Positions 39,401-48,667 of a stretch of 64,000 bases of DNA are shown here, piece after piece (positions within the stretch are counted from its first letter, which is position 1; each line of letters begins with the position of its first letter). The DNA comes from an uncultured archaeon (GTDB lineage: Archaea; Thermoplasmatota; Penumbrarchaeia; JASLWR01). The notes beneath the pieces are model-generated. The model saw only the letters and a list, made by a program, of their open reading frames with translations. It was not told the origin of the DNA and did not search any database. Location: positions 81,338-145,337 of the forward strand of contig CAYFHS010000004.1 in the NCBI GenBank assembly GCA_964342815.1, read 5' to 3'. Made by a program: the position numbers and the translations under genes.

Positions 39401-40205
39401 AAAGGATTATCTGGTCCGCCGATGTATCTCTCACCAGTCCTACATGATGCCATTTCCCATCAACGACGTTGGTAACGCTATCTATCCTCCCGACCGTCGC
39501 ATTGTCACCTACAAGTACTGTCACCTTGTGTGTAGCTTCCTCGTTTATGACCATGGCATAGCCCTGTGTTGTGTCTCCGAACCATCCCTTGGCAAATATA
39601 CTTTGATTAGTGGAATTGCTTGTATTGAACCAAGCGGTTACAGTAAATGAATCGTTCTGGTTGACATCAAAGCTTGAGGAATTCTCGAAGTGGATTTGAT
39701 CGTCAATCCCGTCGAACAACAGAGAACTGCCGAATTTCCCCTCTGTCCAATTGGCGCCACCGCTAACGTTCCCGTTGTTACCATTCGCAGTCCCGTCATG
39801 AGCTGTATCGCCGCTTGTCTCGTTTAAGTGCCACAATCCGCTGCAGTTGCGGTAGGGTATTATCTCATTCTCGGCAATTCTTAAAATCCCTTCTTCCAAG
39901 GATACGTTGGTACTGTATTTGATACTTCCATTATCCTGAAACTCATCGTACCATGAACCCCCGAAATCGTCATTTTCCAGTTCGGAACTCCTGGTTGTTT
40001 CCTTGAATTCCTCGACCTCCATCCCTTTTTTCATTCCGGCTTCAGATGCGTTATTTTCCATACTTACTGTCGGTGCACCGGCAGAGATCGCGTGGACCTC
40101 AGCAATCCCGGTTGAGTTGGTAATGTGGGGAGAATTTGCTAAATGAAACCCCGAAAGAATCCGGGTCAGCACCAGAATGATTATCACGAGAGTAATGCGT
40201 TTCAT
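36465..40205 (-). CDS. Large surface protein: LamG-like domain, cadherin/Big_9-like repeats, FN3, CARDB-like, PKD, C-terminal TM anchor
   Basis: GLWHLNETSG..AHD, GKFGSSLLFDG, WHHVG, FEGRIDEVAVWNRTLS (LamG); FDAEGD; VRFDASTS..ISYRWDFD..YEKEGKYIVTLTVTD (PKD). Confidence 0.88.
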   Translation of the reverse strand: MKRITLVIIILVLTRILSGFHLANSPHITNSTGIAEVHAISAGAPTVSMENNASEAGMKKGMEVEEFKETTRSSELENDDFGGSWYDEFQDNGSIKYSTNVSLEEGILRIAENEIIPYRNCSGLWHLNETSGDTAHDGTANGNNGNVSGGANWTEGKFGSSLLFDGIDDQIHFENSSSFDVNQNDSFTVTAWFNTSNSTNQSIFAKGWFGDTTQGYAMVINEEATHKVTVLVGDNATVGRIDSVTNVVDGKWHHVGLVRDTSADQIILYVDGIREGNISDNTTDNITIADSLHIGCLWNGTSFSDWFEGRIDEVAVWNRTLSSQEIARQFENFRNSGIIHSPLLSLPDDMYWSYLSLNKSEPSDTYVNISVENEFNSTIIGYLALTGNNIDLTGLNVMGIKKIRLRAALSGNGSETPGLTMWGVDWIKENTWRDSFIRDEKIGESTNVMISGNVRIINLSIPASVVSLPVELPEGNFWHTLRINSSIPDENFINITVHDNTTGDILTMKTASGGSEAIFIGDIHPAKHGRIYLKASFLSDGLGSPVLHEWGVNWTPSGEIIAPQLLKDFPPLINVTEDTPQDNIIDLAEYFFDTYAGRWPSRYAMESISDNINITVVLNGSKIDIAQLVVNWTGNVEIIVNCTNSFGLSISSDPINISVINVDDGPVWSRVPPALSLVEDNMHTTDFSLDDYLFDAEGDTLELILSTSDDNISATVGNDTRITITPSKDFNGKTEINLFARQQNNHSMETGIITIPVTVAPMNDLPEVEAPHPKDGSIVREVNVNFTWTPRDIDNDPSEISYDLYLGETQPPALHTRDIRLNHILIKGLEDSTTYYWYVKAFDGELFGTTPENFWSFTVDTEVSVPEVTLQAPLNGITLNKTEVNLTWMSENVGEDTTYHIYLGARADNIIEVATTGNTWYPLTDLGDIATYYWKVIPTTPTLEGKCINGIWKFDINVSFEPRIEIAMEIMDNLSRLFIKQSETAHFNISIENTGNVPVSVSIDYTGLDGAYLSMDDTDPVVEDGVTEIIEITVFIDKSVKTGEHKLFITGEYEKGKITLDLPITVTEEPSKEPSRPEAIIKAPAHAEPGEMVRFDASTSSVDGGEIISYRWDFDANVDSDGDGDKTNDVDADTAIANFSYEKEGKYIVTLTVTDNNSLNHTITMEIEVEYPSNLRTVICSVSIVVALVMVGGVFLSRLGRREVQRRTESMDRKRQQLQLKRQRKSDSEKDKEITGGPSLDAGKGE

Positions 40206-40333
40206 ATTCCCGGCCTTTTTTCTTCCATATTGCAGAATATTGAAAGTTTTTTTTTAACGGAATGAAAACCACAAGATCATATTTCCAAGATAGCAGTAAG
40301 TTTATTTGTAATTATTTCCTAGAGTAGTATGTT

Positions 40334-40487
40334 ATTCAGAGGAATCGACCCCCTACGGATCTCGATTTCGCGAACATTGTCACAACTGGAAGCTTCAACA
40401 CCCGGAGTAAACCTGTGGGTTTACGAGGGTGAAGTGAATTTACTAATTCACGACTCATTTTGTCGAGCTTCGCATTTATAACAATAT
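40334..40487. repeat. Hairpin-rich dispersed element, copy A (long form)
   Basis: Hairpins ggaatcga/tcgatttc, gtaaacc/ggtttac, gtgaatt/aattcac, cgac/gtcg, and closing stem gaagct/agcttc. Homologous to 47743-47837 and, in reverse orientation, to 49914-49987 and 50850-50921. Confidence 0.75.
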
Positions 40488-40717
40488 TCTACCTATCAAT
40501 GGATTTAATATTAAATAAATGTTATGTATTAAGCAAAATAGCGGTTATAACCGCCGTTTTCATACATGGGGGTTCGTATTATACGTCCATGTGGTAAAAA
40601 ATCTCCGGTCTATTTCATTTTAATCGTGTATATTTCTCTTTAAAAAAGATAGATGAGTAAATTGCTATATACAAGCACAAATTATAAGAAACAAATATTT
40701 AGACATGTGGTGGTTTG

Positions 40718-42046
40718 ATGAACCGGAAAAAAGTGCTGATACTTGGAGCGGCCGGAAGAGATTTTCATAATTTTTTAACCTATTTCAAGGATAATGACGA
40801 TTATCGCGTGGTGGCTTTTACAGCCACTCAGATACCGGATATTGACGATAAGACATTTCCCGCCGCCATGGCTGGCTACTTGTACGGGGAAGGTATACCT
40901 ATAGTCTCCGAAAGCGAGATGGAGCATCTTATCAAGATTCATGATGTGGATGAATGTATTTTGGCATACAGCGACTTACCATATGATAGAGTCATGAGCA
41001 TAGCTTCAAGGGTCAATGCGGCAGGAGCGGATTTCAGGTTAATGGGGGCAAAGACCACAATGATCCGATCCGGAAAGCCTCTCATCTCCATATGCGCCAC
41101 CAGAACCGGGTGCGGTAAGAGCCAAACCTCTCGTGCGGTGATAAATATTCTCAGGTCTCTTGGTAAAATAGCAGTTGCAATAAGACATCCCATGCCCTAT
41201 GGTGATCTCCAGGCCATGGAAGTGCAGCGTTTCGAAACATACGACGATCTGGATAAGCATGATTGCACAATTGAGGAGCGTGAGGAATATGAACCTCATA
41301 TAGACAATCAAACGGTGGTTTTCGCAGGAGTGGATTTTAAGAAGATCCTTCGAGAAGCGGAAAAGGAGGCGGACATAATCATTTGGGATGGCGGTAATAA
41401 CGATTTTTCATTCTATCACAGCGATCTCTATATCACTGTATTGGATCCGCTTCGGGCGGGTCACGAACTTTCCTATTATCCCGGTGAAACCTCCCTAAGA
41501 ATGGCCGACGTAGTTATCATAAACAAGGTTGATGCCGCCGAGGATTCCGATATAGAGAGAGTACGGGAGAATGTAAAACGTATTATGCCCAACGCTGCCC
41601 TCATAGAGGCCGAGTCACCGGTGACAGTAGATGATATCCCGGCTATTCAGGGAAAACGCATTCTTGTTGTGGACGACGGTCCTACTCTCACACACGGGGG
41701 AATGGCATTCGGCGCAGGTTTCGTTGGCGCGATGAAAGCTGGTGCCGGGGAAATAATCGATCCACGAGAATTCGCCACGGGCTCCTTACAGGATTTGTTC
41801 ACGAAATTCCCCCATCTCAAAAAGGTACTTCCTGCAATGGGTTACAGTGTGGTGCAGTGCAGAGAACTGGAAGAAACCATCAACGCATCCGATGCCGATG
41901 TAGTGGTATCCGGCACGCCAATAGACCTACGACGGGTAATCGATCCAAATAAGAGAGTGGTGCGAGTCAGGTATGAGTTGAAACCGGTCAAGGGCCCCAA
42001 ACTTGAGGATATTCTTTTAGGATTTGTCAATGAAAAATGCACCTGA
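40718..42046 (+). CDS. Cyclic 2,3-diphosphoglycerate synthetase-like P-loop protein (COG2403-type)
   Basis: ILGAAGRDFHNF, ATRTGCGKSQTS, RHPMPYG, WDGGNND, DDGPTLTHGGM. Confidence 0.8.
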   Translation: MNRKKVLILGAAGRDFHNFLTYFKDNDDYRVVAFTATQIPDIDDKTFPAAMAGYLYGEGIPIVSESEMEHLIKIHDVDECILAYSDLPYDRVMSIASRVNAAGADFRLMGAKTTMIRSGKPLISICATRTGCGKSQTSRAVINILRSLGKIAVAIRHPMPYGDLQAMEVQRFETYDDLDKHDCTIEEREEYEPHIDNQTVVFAGVDFKKILREAEKEADIIIWDGGNNDFSFYHSDLYITVLDPLRAGHELSYYPGETSLRMADVVIINKVDAAEDSDIERVRENVKRIMPNAALIEAESPVTVDDIPAIQGKRILVVDDGPTLTHGGMAFGAGFVGAMKAGAGEIIDPREFATGSLQDLFTKFPHLKKVLPAMGYSVVQCRELEETINASDADVVVSGTPIDLRRVIDPNKRVVRVRYELKPVKGPKLEDILLGFVNEKCT

Positions 42047-42067
42047 TCCCTCCAATGACAAATTGTT

Positions 42068-42694
42068 TCAGTATTCGTATTTTTTACCCAGGAGGGCCGC
42101 GATATTTTGCATTATCTTGCCGGTGACCTCACGGGTTGCTTTTTTGTCGTCCCCTCTCCCATAATATTCATTGAAATAGAGGGGTTCGCCGAATACAACT
42201 TTCGCCTTCAAAAACTTTGGGAACCTTTTCCCCCTGGCCAATATGTTCCATGTGTTGAATATCGCCACAGGGACAACAGGCACCTCAGCCTTGAGAGCCA
42301 CTCTTGCGACACCGGTATGACCTTTTCCGAGTTTCTCTCCTTCGAACGTGGTACCTTCGGGAAAGAAAACCACAGCCTTCTTTTTTTTCAGCGCGTTGAT
42401 GGCATTCTGCAGCGCTTCATGATCGCCTTTTCCTCTTTCCACCTCTATCTGACCGGTGGCTGTGAAAAGGAATCGGCCAAAACGGTTACTGAAGAGTTCG
42501 GTTTTCGCAAGATAATGAAGCGGTCTCCACATGGATGCGCACAATATTACGGGATCGTAGTAACTGCTGTGGTTCGACGCCAGAATCACGCCCTGTTTCT
42601 TGAGAACGTTCTCCCGCCCGATCACTTCAGTTCTGTGAAGTAATGCGACAAAATAGGAACCTAGAAAATGCAGGGTCCGATATAACCAGGTCAT
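42068..42694 (-). CDS. plsC: Lysophospholipid acyltransferase (1-acyl-sn-glycerol-3-phosphate acyltransferase family)
   Basis: Catalytic HX4D motif (NHSSYYD), AKTELF, FPEGT, VPVVPV. Confidence 0.9.
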   Translation of the reverse strand: MTWLYRTLHFLGSYFVALLHRTEVIGRENVLKKQGVILASNHSSYYDPVILCASMWRPLHYLAKTELFSNRFGRFLFTATGQIEVERGKGDHEALQNAINALKKKKAVVFFPEGTTFEGEKLGKGHTGVARVALKAEVPVVPVAIFNTWNILARGKRFPKFLKAKVVFGEPLYFNEYYGRGDDKKATREVTGKIMQNIAALLGKKYEY

Positions 42695-42994
42695 AGATGC
42701 ACCTATTCTACCTTAACGAAAAGAGTATCCTTGAAATCATTAAAAAAACTACCGTATTCATTTTTCGTATGTCCTACTCCATATTGCTGTTTCACTTCCT
42801 GTGCCATTAACGTTTTCGGGAAAGAACACATGAATCATCTAGCTTCACACTTCCGTCTGAGCTCTGTTTTGAGTGAAATATATTTATAGGATTACCGGGC
42901 ATTGCTCGTAAACCGATTACCTGGTGAACAGTACTGATTCCCAAGTGGGTGGAAAGTACGACTATCAACATACTGTAAAGATTGTGGGAATAAG

Positions 42995-43777
42995 ATGACC
43001 AAGCACATCACAGATATTTTTGCGGATACTTTCAATAAAGCTTATGAGAAGAAGCTTCTTGAGATGGTGAAAGGTGGGAAGATACCTCATCATCTGGCTA
43101 TAATAATGGATGGTAACCGGCGTTACGCAGAGAGCAGGGGCGATCCTCCTATCATGGGGCACGAATACGGAAGGGAGAAACTGAAGGAACTGCTGCAGTG
43201 GTGCCTGGATCTGGATATCAAGGTCTTAACGGTATACGCTTTCTCTACCGAGAACTTCAACCGTACTGCTGAGGAAGTGAACACTCTCATGAATATGTTT
43301 GCAGAGAATTTTTACAAATTCGCCGAGGATGAAAAAGTAATGGAATACGGTATCAGATTAAGAGTGCTGGGTGATCCGAACGTCCTTCCCAAAACAGTAC
43401 GGGAGTCAATAGAAAATGCCGTGGAGAAAACCAAGGGCAATGAAAATTATTCATTCAACATGGCAGTCGGATACGGCGGACGGGAGGAGATAACCAACGC
43501 AATGAAGAAAATTGCTCGCGACATCGAGGCAAAGAAGATCAAGGTGGAGGATATCGACAAGGATCTCATATCTTCACATCTCTATACCCATGATCTTCCT
43601 GACCCGGACCTGATCCTCCGGACCAGCGGAGAGGTGAGGCTGTCGAACTTCCTGCTGTGGCAGCTGGCTTATTCCGAGTTCTATTTCACGGACGTTTACT
43701 GGCCCGGTTTCACCAAGATCGAGTTTTTACGTGCGATACACTCTTACCAATTGCGATTACGGCGATTCGGGAAATAA
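42995..43777 (+). CDS. uppS: cis-polyprenyl diphosphate synthase
   Basis: HLAIIMDGNRR, YAFSTENFNR, YGGREEI, IRTSGE-type RTSGEVRLSNFLLWQ. Confidence 0.96.
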   Translation: MTKHITDIFADTFNKAYEKKLLEMVKGGKIPHHLAIIMDGNRRYAESRGDPPIMGHEYGREKLKELLQWCLDLDIKVLTVYAFSTENFNRTAEEVNTLMNMFAENFYKFAEDEKVMEYGIRLRVLGDPNVLPKTVRESIENAVEKTKGNENYSFNMAVGYGGREEITNAMKKIARDIEAKKIKVEDIDKDLISSHLYTHDLPDPDLILRTSGEVRLSNFLLWQLAYSEFYFTDVYWPGFTKIEFLRAIHSYQLRLRRFGK

Positions 43778-43794
43778 TTTTTTTACGAAACAAA

Positions 43795-44175
43795 ATGAAG
43801 GATCATAGAGGTGAGGGAGTTCTGAAAGGATTGACCACAACCGGCATCGACCTTGACTTGGCGGATATAATGGATCCCAACGATCCCCGGATGAGAAAAT
43901 TCAGGAGCGATCTACTCGGTATGGATTATTCTGAAAAGGAATTAAGAGCCAATGAGCTCAGCAAACGTTACGGTTTCAATCCCACCCAGTCGAGAAAGAT
44001 TTCTAGGGTACTGAATGAACTGGCAAAACGAAATTTGTGGAGTGAATCGACGGCGGCAACCAAGTCAGTTTCTGGGAGTGACGGGAATGTATCCATTGAC
44101 GGCCCTTCCGAGGACACTTCTGATTTTGCCACAGCCGCGCCTGGTCCACGGATAGTAAAGAAGAAGACGATCTGA
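43795..44175 (+). CDS. Hypothetical protein
   Basis: Open frame downstream of uppS; start uncertain (ATG 43795 or a later TTG). Confidence 0.5.
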   Translation: MKDHRGEGVLKGLTTTGIDLDLADIMDPNDPRMRKFRSDLLGMDYSEKELRANELSKRYGFNPTQSRKISRVLNELAKRNLWSESTAATKSVSGSDGNVSIDGPSEDTSDFATAAPGPRIVKKKTI

Positions 44176-44446
44176 TGAAAAACCACTTTTTATACCCTCC
44201 GGCCCCAAATCCCCCCCCCAAAAAGCGGCCCAAAACTACTTTTTTGGAAAAAGCAGCCCAAAAAAAGAAGAGAAATGTGATTTCAAGATGGCAAAAAAGA
44301 GGGAGGAAAGCAATACAATATGACAAAAAAAGATGAGGTTTCATACTTTATTAACAATAAAAAATAGGACATAAAGTCAGCGAACAGTCAATTGAACAGG
44401 AAACTTAATATTGTGTAAGTATTATCGTCAACTCCCGTTGATATCT

Positions 44447-46066
44447 ATGAAGTTCATCATAGTAACGGGCGGTGTTCTTTCCGGTTTGGGCAAGGGAGTC
44501 ATTACTTCTTCTCTCGGTCTTTTGCTTAAACAGTGCGAATACAAGGTTACGGTCGTGAAGGTTGATCCCTATCTGAACGTTGACGCGGGTACCATGAATC
44601 CCTTCGAGCACGGCGAGGTGTTCGTTCTTGACGATGGGACCGAGGTCGATCTGGATCTGGGTAACTACGAGCGTTTTTTGGATATGGAACTTACCGGTGA
44701 GCACAATATCACCACCGGCAAGGTCTACAAGGCCGTGATCGAGAAGGAGCGGAGAGGCGATTTTCTCGGTGCCACGGTCCAGATCATTCCACATATCGTA
44801 AATGAGATAATCGAGCGTATCGAGCGGGTGGCTGAGGATACCGGATCAGATATAACTCTGGTGGAGATGGGCGGAACGGTGGGGGATATCGAATCCATGC
44901 CCTTTTTGGAGGCGGTAAGGGAGTTGAAGAACAAACACGGCAGAGAGAACGTTCTGGTGGTGCATGCAACCCTGGTACCGGTTATGGGTGTTGTTGGGGA
45001 GCAGAAGACCAAACCGACCCAGCATTCCGTGAAGGAATTGATGCGAATCGGAATTCAGCCGGATATTATCGTGTGCAGATCCACCGAACCTCTGGAGGAG
45101 AGGTCGAAGAAGAAGATCTCGCAGTTCTGCAATGTACAGGAGAATGCGATTTTCACCTCTCACGATGTAAAGATAGTGCATCAGGTACCGCTGTTGTTCG
45201 AAGAGCAGAAGGTCACTTCCGTTGTCGAAAAGAAATTGAAGCTTATTCCAAAGGACCCCGATCTTGTCCAATGGAAGGATTACGTGGCGAGATCGACATC
45301 CCCCAGCGAAAGGGTGCGGATCGCTCTTGTGGGCAAGTACACAGGTCTGAAGGATTCCTACATCTCCCATTTGAAGGCGCTGACGCATGCAAGTGCTGCT
45401 TTGGGTGCAGTTCCCGAGATAGTATGGTTCGATTCCGAGAAGGTGGTGCGGGACGGAGAAAAAAATATTGGCTCGGGACTTGCAGCTTTGGAGGATGTTG
45501 ACGGTATCTTGATACCGGGCGGTTTCGGTTTCAGAGGAATAGAGGGAAAGATAGAGACGGCGAGAATAGCCAGGACCAAAGAGATACCGTTCCTTGGAAT
45601 CTGCCTGGGATTTCAGGTCTCGGTGATCGAGTTCTCACGTAACGTTTTGGACCTGCGAGGTGCCAACAGCAGCGAATTCGATTCCGGGACGGAACATCCG
45701 GTCATCGACCTGCTGCCGGAGCAGATGGATGTGGATGCAAAGGGGGCAACCATGCGGAGAGGGGCGCATTCGGTTCTGATAAGGAGCGGTACCATGGCTC
45801 ATGATATTTATGGGGCTGGAGTAATTAGGGAGCGGCATCGTCACCGCTACGAGGTCAATCCAGAATACATAAAGATGATCGAGAATGCGGGTTTTAAATT
45901 CTCAGCCACTTCGAAGGACGGAGTGAGGATGGAGATCGGAGAATTGAAGGGATCATCATTTCATGTGGGTTGCCAGTTCCATCCAGAGTTTTTAACAAGA
46001 CCCACCAGACCCGCGCCGCTGTTCTTGAGGTTTTTAGAGGAAGCATTGAAGCGGAAACGGGGATAG
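44447..46066 (+). CDS. pyrG: CTP synthase
   Basis: KFIIVTGGVLSGLGKG, DPYLNVDAGTMNP, GGTVGDIES, KTKPTQHSV, GICLGFQ, RHRHRYE, QFHPEF. Confidence 0.98.
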   Translation: MKFIIVTGGVLSGLGKGVITSSLGLLLKQCEYKVTVVKVDPYLNVDAGTMNPFEHGEVFVLDDGTEVDLDLGNYERFLDMELTGEHNITTGKVYKAVIEKERRGDFLGATVQIIPHIVNEIIERIERVAEDTGSDITLVEMGGTVGDIESMPFLEAVRELKNKHGRENVLVVHATLVPVMGVVGEQKTKPTQHSVKELMRIGIQPDIIVCRSTEPLEERSKKKISQFCNVQENAIFTSHDVKIVHQVPLLFEEQKVTSVVEKKLKLIPKDPDLVQWKDYVARSTSPSERVRIALVGKYTGLKDSYISHLKALTHASAALGAVPEIVWFDSEKVVRDGEKNIGSGLAALEDVDGILIPGGFGFRGIEGKIETARIARTKEIPFLGICLGFQVSVIEFSRNVLDLRGANSSEFDSGTEHPVIDLLPEQMDVDAKGATMRRGAHSVLIRSGTMAHDIYGAGVIRERHRHRYEVNPEYIKMIENAGFKFSATSKDGVRMEIGELKGSSFHVGCQFHPEFLTRPTRPAPLFLRFLEEALKRKRG

Positions 46067-46158
46067 GAAGAGTCGTTGTGATCTATTTTCATTGTTTTTA
46101 TACAGAAAGTTTAATATAATGAACGTTCGCTTAATTTGCTGAACGATAATTCAATATA

Positions 46159-46725
46159 ATGAACGGTGAGAATATGTTCGATTTCTTCAGCAAATATGCA
46201 TATTGGAAAGTGCTTCGTTACTTCGCGCTGAATTCATCTTCGAAGGTCTATGTTAATGAACTTTCACGTAAACTGATTATAAGTGCCGGGATGTGCAGTA
46301 TAATTCTGAGAGAACTCGCGGCCTCAAAAATATTAGTAAAGAAAAAACGGGGAACTGCACATTTTTACTGTCTGGAGAATAATTATTTAACCAACGAATT
46401 GAAGCGGTTTATAGGGTTGTTCCACATATCCCGGAGCGGGTTGGTCGAAAGAATAAGTTCCGGAGTATCATCACCTATTTCCATTGCACTTTATGGAAGT
46501 TATGCCGCTGGAGACTTCACCGAACAAAGCGACATTGATATCCTTCTTATAACTCAAGAAAAAACACAAGAAAATTTCGTGGAATTTGAGAATACGTTGG
46601 ATATCGAAATAAATATGGAGAAATTCACTGTTGGTCAATGGTTAAAAATGAAGAAAGAGAAACATCCCTTTTATGAAATGGTACGGAGAGATCACGTTTT
46701 ACTTTATGGTGGTGAACTACCATGA
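46159..46725 (+). CDS. MNT antitoxin (HTH + minimal nucleotidyltransferase)
   Basis: YGSYAAGDFTEQSDIDIL with an N-terminal winged HTH. Confidence 0.9.
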   Translation: MNGENMFDFFSKYAYWKVLRYFALNSSSKVYVNELSRKLIISAGMCSIILRELAASKILVKKKRGTAHFYCLENNYLTNELKRFIGLFHISRSGLVERISSGVSSPISIALYGSYAAGDFTEQSDIDILLITQEKTQENFVEFENTLDIEINMEKFTVGQWLKMKKEKHPFYEMVRRDHVLLYGGELP

Positions 46726-47180
46726 ATATAAAAAATTGTTTCAAAAAAGGATTGCTGAGAAAATGTGATTTTTCCAGTGAGATCGCAGCCAAAGAGATAG
46801 AGAATGCAAAGAGGCATTTGAAAAATGCATCACACTGTTTTGAAGATGAGATATTTGATTTGGCCATAGTATCGGTTTATACTTCGATGTTCCATGCAGC
46901 AAGAGCAATACTTTTTAGAGACGGCATCAAGGAGAGAAGTCATATATGTGTAATGATCTATATCAAGGAGGAATATTCCCATCTTAAAGAATATGCCACT
47001 ATACTGGACACCTATCGACGAAGCAGGCATACAATGCTTTATGGTATCGATGTTGATATGATTGCAGATGACGCAAGTCAAGGGATAAGTTTGGCTGAAG
47101 AATTCATAATTGCCATAGAAAAAGAGTTAAACGTAGGAAGTCAAGACAAAGGTGAAGATAACTCGAAAATAACCACATAA
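46722..47180 (+). CDS. HEPN-domain toxin
   Basis: YTSMFHAARAIL, ERSH and RRSRHTMLY. ATGA overlap with the MNT gene. Confidence 0.9.
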   Translation: MNIKNCFKKGLLRKCDFSSEIAAKEIENAKRHLKNASHCFEDEIFDLAIVSVYTSMFHAARAILFRDGIKERSHICVMIYIKEEYSHLKEYATILDTYRRSRHTMLYGIDVDMIADDASQGISLAEEFIIAIEKELNVGSQDKGEDNSKITT

Positions 47181-47345
47181 TATTACTCAAATCTTTTCCA
47201 GTATCGATGAGTGGACGAAAATATCCTATTTCCATTTAGGTTTCTTAGATATTATTCTTTTAGAAAGTGTGTTCCAGTATTGGTCGGATATGAGGTAATT
47301 ATATATGCCACATAATATCATAATTCTATATAGTGGTGGTGTATC

Positions 47346-47531
47346 AGGAGTGAAGTTACAACGATTCAACTTAGGAAGGCGACTCGCGATGAACTCCGAG
47401 AATTCGGGATAAAAGGAGAATCCTATGTTGATGTTATCCACAAATTGATGGATGCCGGGAGAAAAATAGCATTTTTTGAAGATATTGACCGCATACTTGA
47501 GACAGAGGAGTTTGTTCCACTTGACACGTAA
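47346..47531 (+). pseudogene. RHH-like archaeal antitoxin with its start codon lost (AGG in place of ATG)
   Basis: Not in the ORF track. Frame reads (R)SEVTTIQLRKATRDELREFGIKGESYVDVIHKLM..EEFVPLDT*. GGTGG RBS 6 nt upstream of AGG; an in-frame TAG at 47331 and no ATG/GTG/TTG at the expected position. Confidence 0.7.
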
Positions 47532-47612
47532 AGACGGGAACAAAGTGACTGTCTTCTTGGTAAAGTTGAGCCAGAATGGGTCGGCTTTACGAGTAAAGAC
47601 ACACCTGATGCC

Positions 47613-48008
47613 ATGTCTAACGTGACAAGTGGTGACTTGTCAAGATATGAGGTTTTCCTTTCTGAAACTGCCAGACTGCAACTCAAACGTTTGCCTGCCG
47701 ATTTACAGGAACGTATAAAAGTAGCGTTAGCCGAGTTGAATGATTCAACGGAATCGACCCTTTGGGATCACGATTCCGCGAACATTATCAAGCTGCAAAC
47801 ATCGACTTTTTGTCGAGGTTTGCACCATGGACAATATGATCCATATAGGCCGCGATCAAAAGCAGATATCAAGAAAATAAAAGGGCCAAAAAGAGACTAT
47901 TATCGACTAAGAATCGGAAATTTCAGAGCAATGTACGTAGTTGAAGGAAACAATGTTAAGGTGGCAAAAATATTAGCCCTAAGTACTGCTTATAACTGGA
48001 TTGATTGA
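47613..48008 (+). CDS. relE: RelE/ParE-family toxin carrying a 96-bp in-frame insertion
   Basis: YEVFLSETARLQLKRLP...DPYRPRSKADIKKIKG..YYRLRIGNFRAMY. True start may be TTG 47637. Confidence 0.8.
   Translation: MSNVTSGDLSRYEVFLSETARLQLKRLPADLQERIKVALAELNDSTESTLWDHDSANIIKLQTSTFCRGLHHGQYDPYRPRSKADIKKIKGPKRDYYRLRIGNFRAMYVVEGNNVKVAKILALSTAYNWID
47743..47840. mobile_element. Hairpin-rich element, copy B (short form), inserted in relE and flanked by an ATGAT direct repeat
   Basis: ATGAT at 47740-47744 and 47836-47840. Stems cggaatcg/cgattccg and tgcaaac-tcgac/gtcga-gtttgca. Homologous to both ends of copy A. Confidence 0.72.
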
Positions 48009-48196
48009 TGTATTAGCCTTTATGGATGTCTCTAACCACTGGTTATACTTGAGTTTATGAATAAATTTCCATGTTTATTCAATGTGAGCCTTGGCGTGGA
48101 TACAATCATCGTATCCCAAAAAAAGATAAATTGAAGAATAATTACAAATGTTTAAATATTCTCACGACTAATGATAATGTATAAGGGTGTGAAAAA

Positions 48197-48418
48197 ATGG
48201 AAGGACGATTCACAGCAGTTTTTGAAAAAGACGGGGATTGGTGGATCGGGTATGTCGAAGAGTTACCCGGCGCTAATACGCAGGGAAAAACATTGGAGGA
48301 AGCCCGAGAGAATTTAAAGGAAGCCATAACGCTGGTCCTTGAAGCAAATCGGCAAATAACACTGGAAGAATTAGAAGGAAAAGAGTTCATCCGAGAGGAA
48401 ATTATGGTGACCGCATAA
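48197..48418 (+). CDS. hicB: HicB-family antitoxin
   Basis: WWIGYVEELPGANTQGKTLEEARENLKEAI. Confidence 0.92.
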   Translation: MEGRFTAVFEKDGDWWIGYVEELPGANTQGKTLEEARENLKEAITLVLEANRQITLEELEGKEFIREEIMVTA

Positions 48419-48603
48419 TGAAGCGACGTATATTAATTTCACATCTTGAGAAACATGGATGTGTGTTTCTTCGGGAAGGGGGGAATCATACGATATTTAT
48501 TAACCCGGTTTTAAAAAGGGTTTCCTCCATTCCAAGGCATACCGAAATATCAAATTTCTTGGCAAGAAAAATTTGTAAGGATTTAGGAATCCCCTTACCG
48601 TGA
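48418..48603 (+). CDS. hicA: HicA-family toxin
   Basis: REGGNHTIF, SIPRHTEI, ICKDLGI. TAATG overlap with hicB. Confidence 0.92.
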   Translation: MKRRILISHLEKHGCVFLREGGNHTIFINPVLKRVSSIPRHTEISNFLARKICKDLGIPLP

Positions 48604-48667
48604 TGCGCGTCAGCGTTCTCAAGGAAAAGTAAGTGTTCCCCGTAAATGTGTAATCATCTTACCATAG

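Noticed and set aside
40500-40590. Short palindromes (atttaatattaaat, gcggttataaccgc) upstream of the cDPGS-like gene
   Set aside because: Single occurrences in AT-rich DNA with no second copy found, so a regulatory role cannot be supported.
44190-44300. Homopolymer-rich stretch (C9, A-runs) upstream of pyrG as a G-quadruplex or phase-variable tract
   Set aside because: Non-coding low-complexity sequence with no supporting context, and prone to sequencing error.
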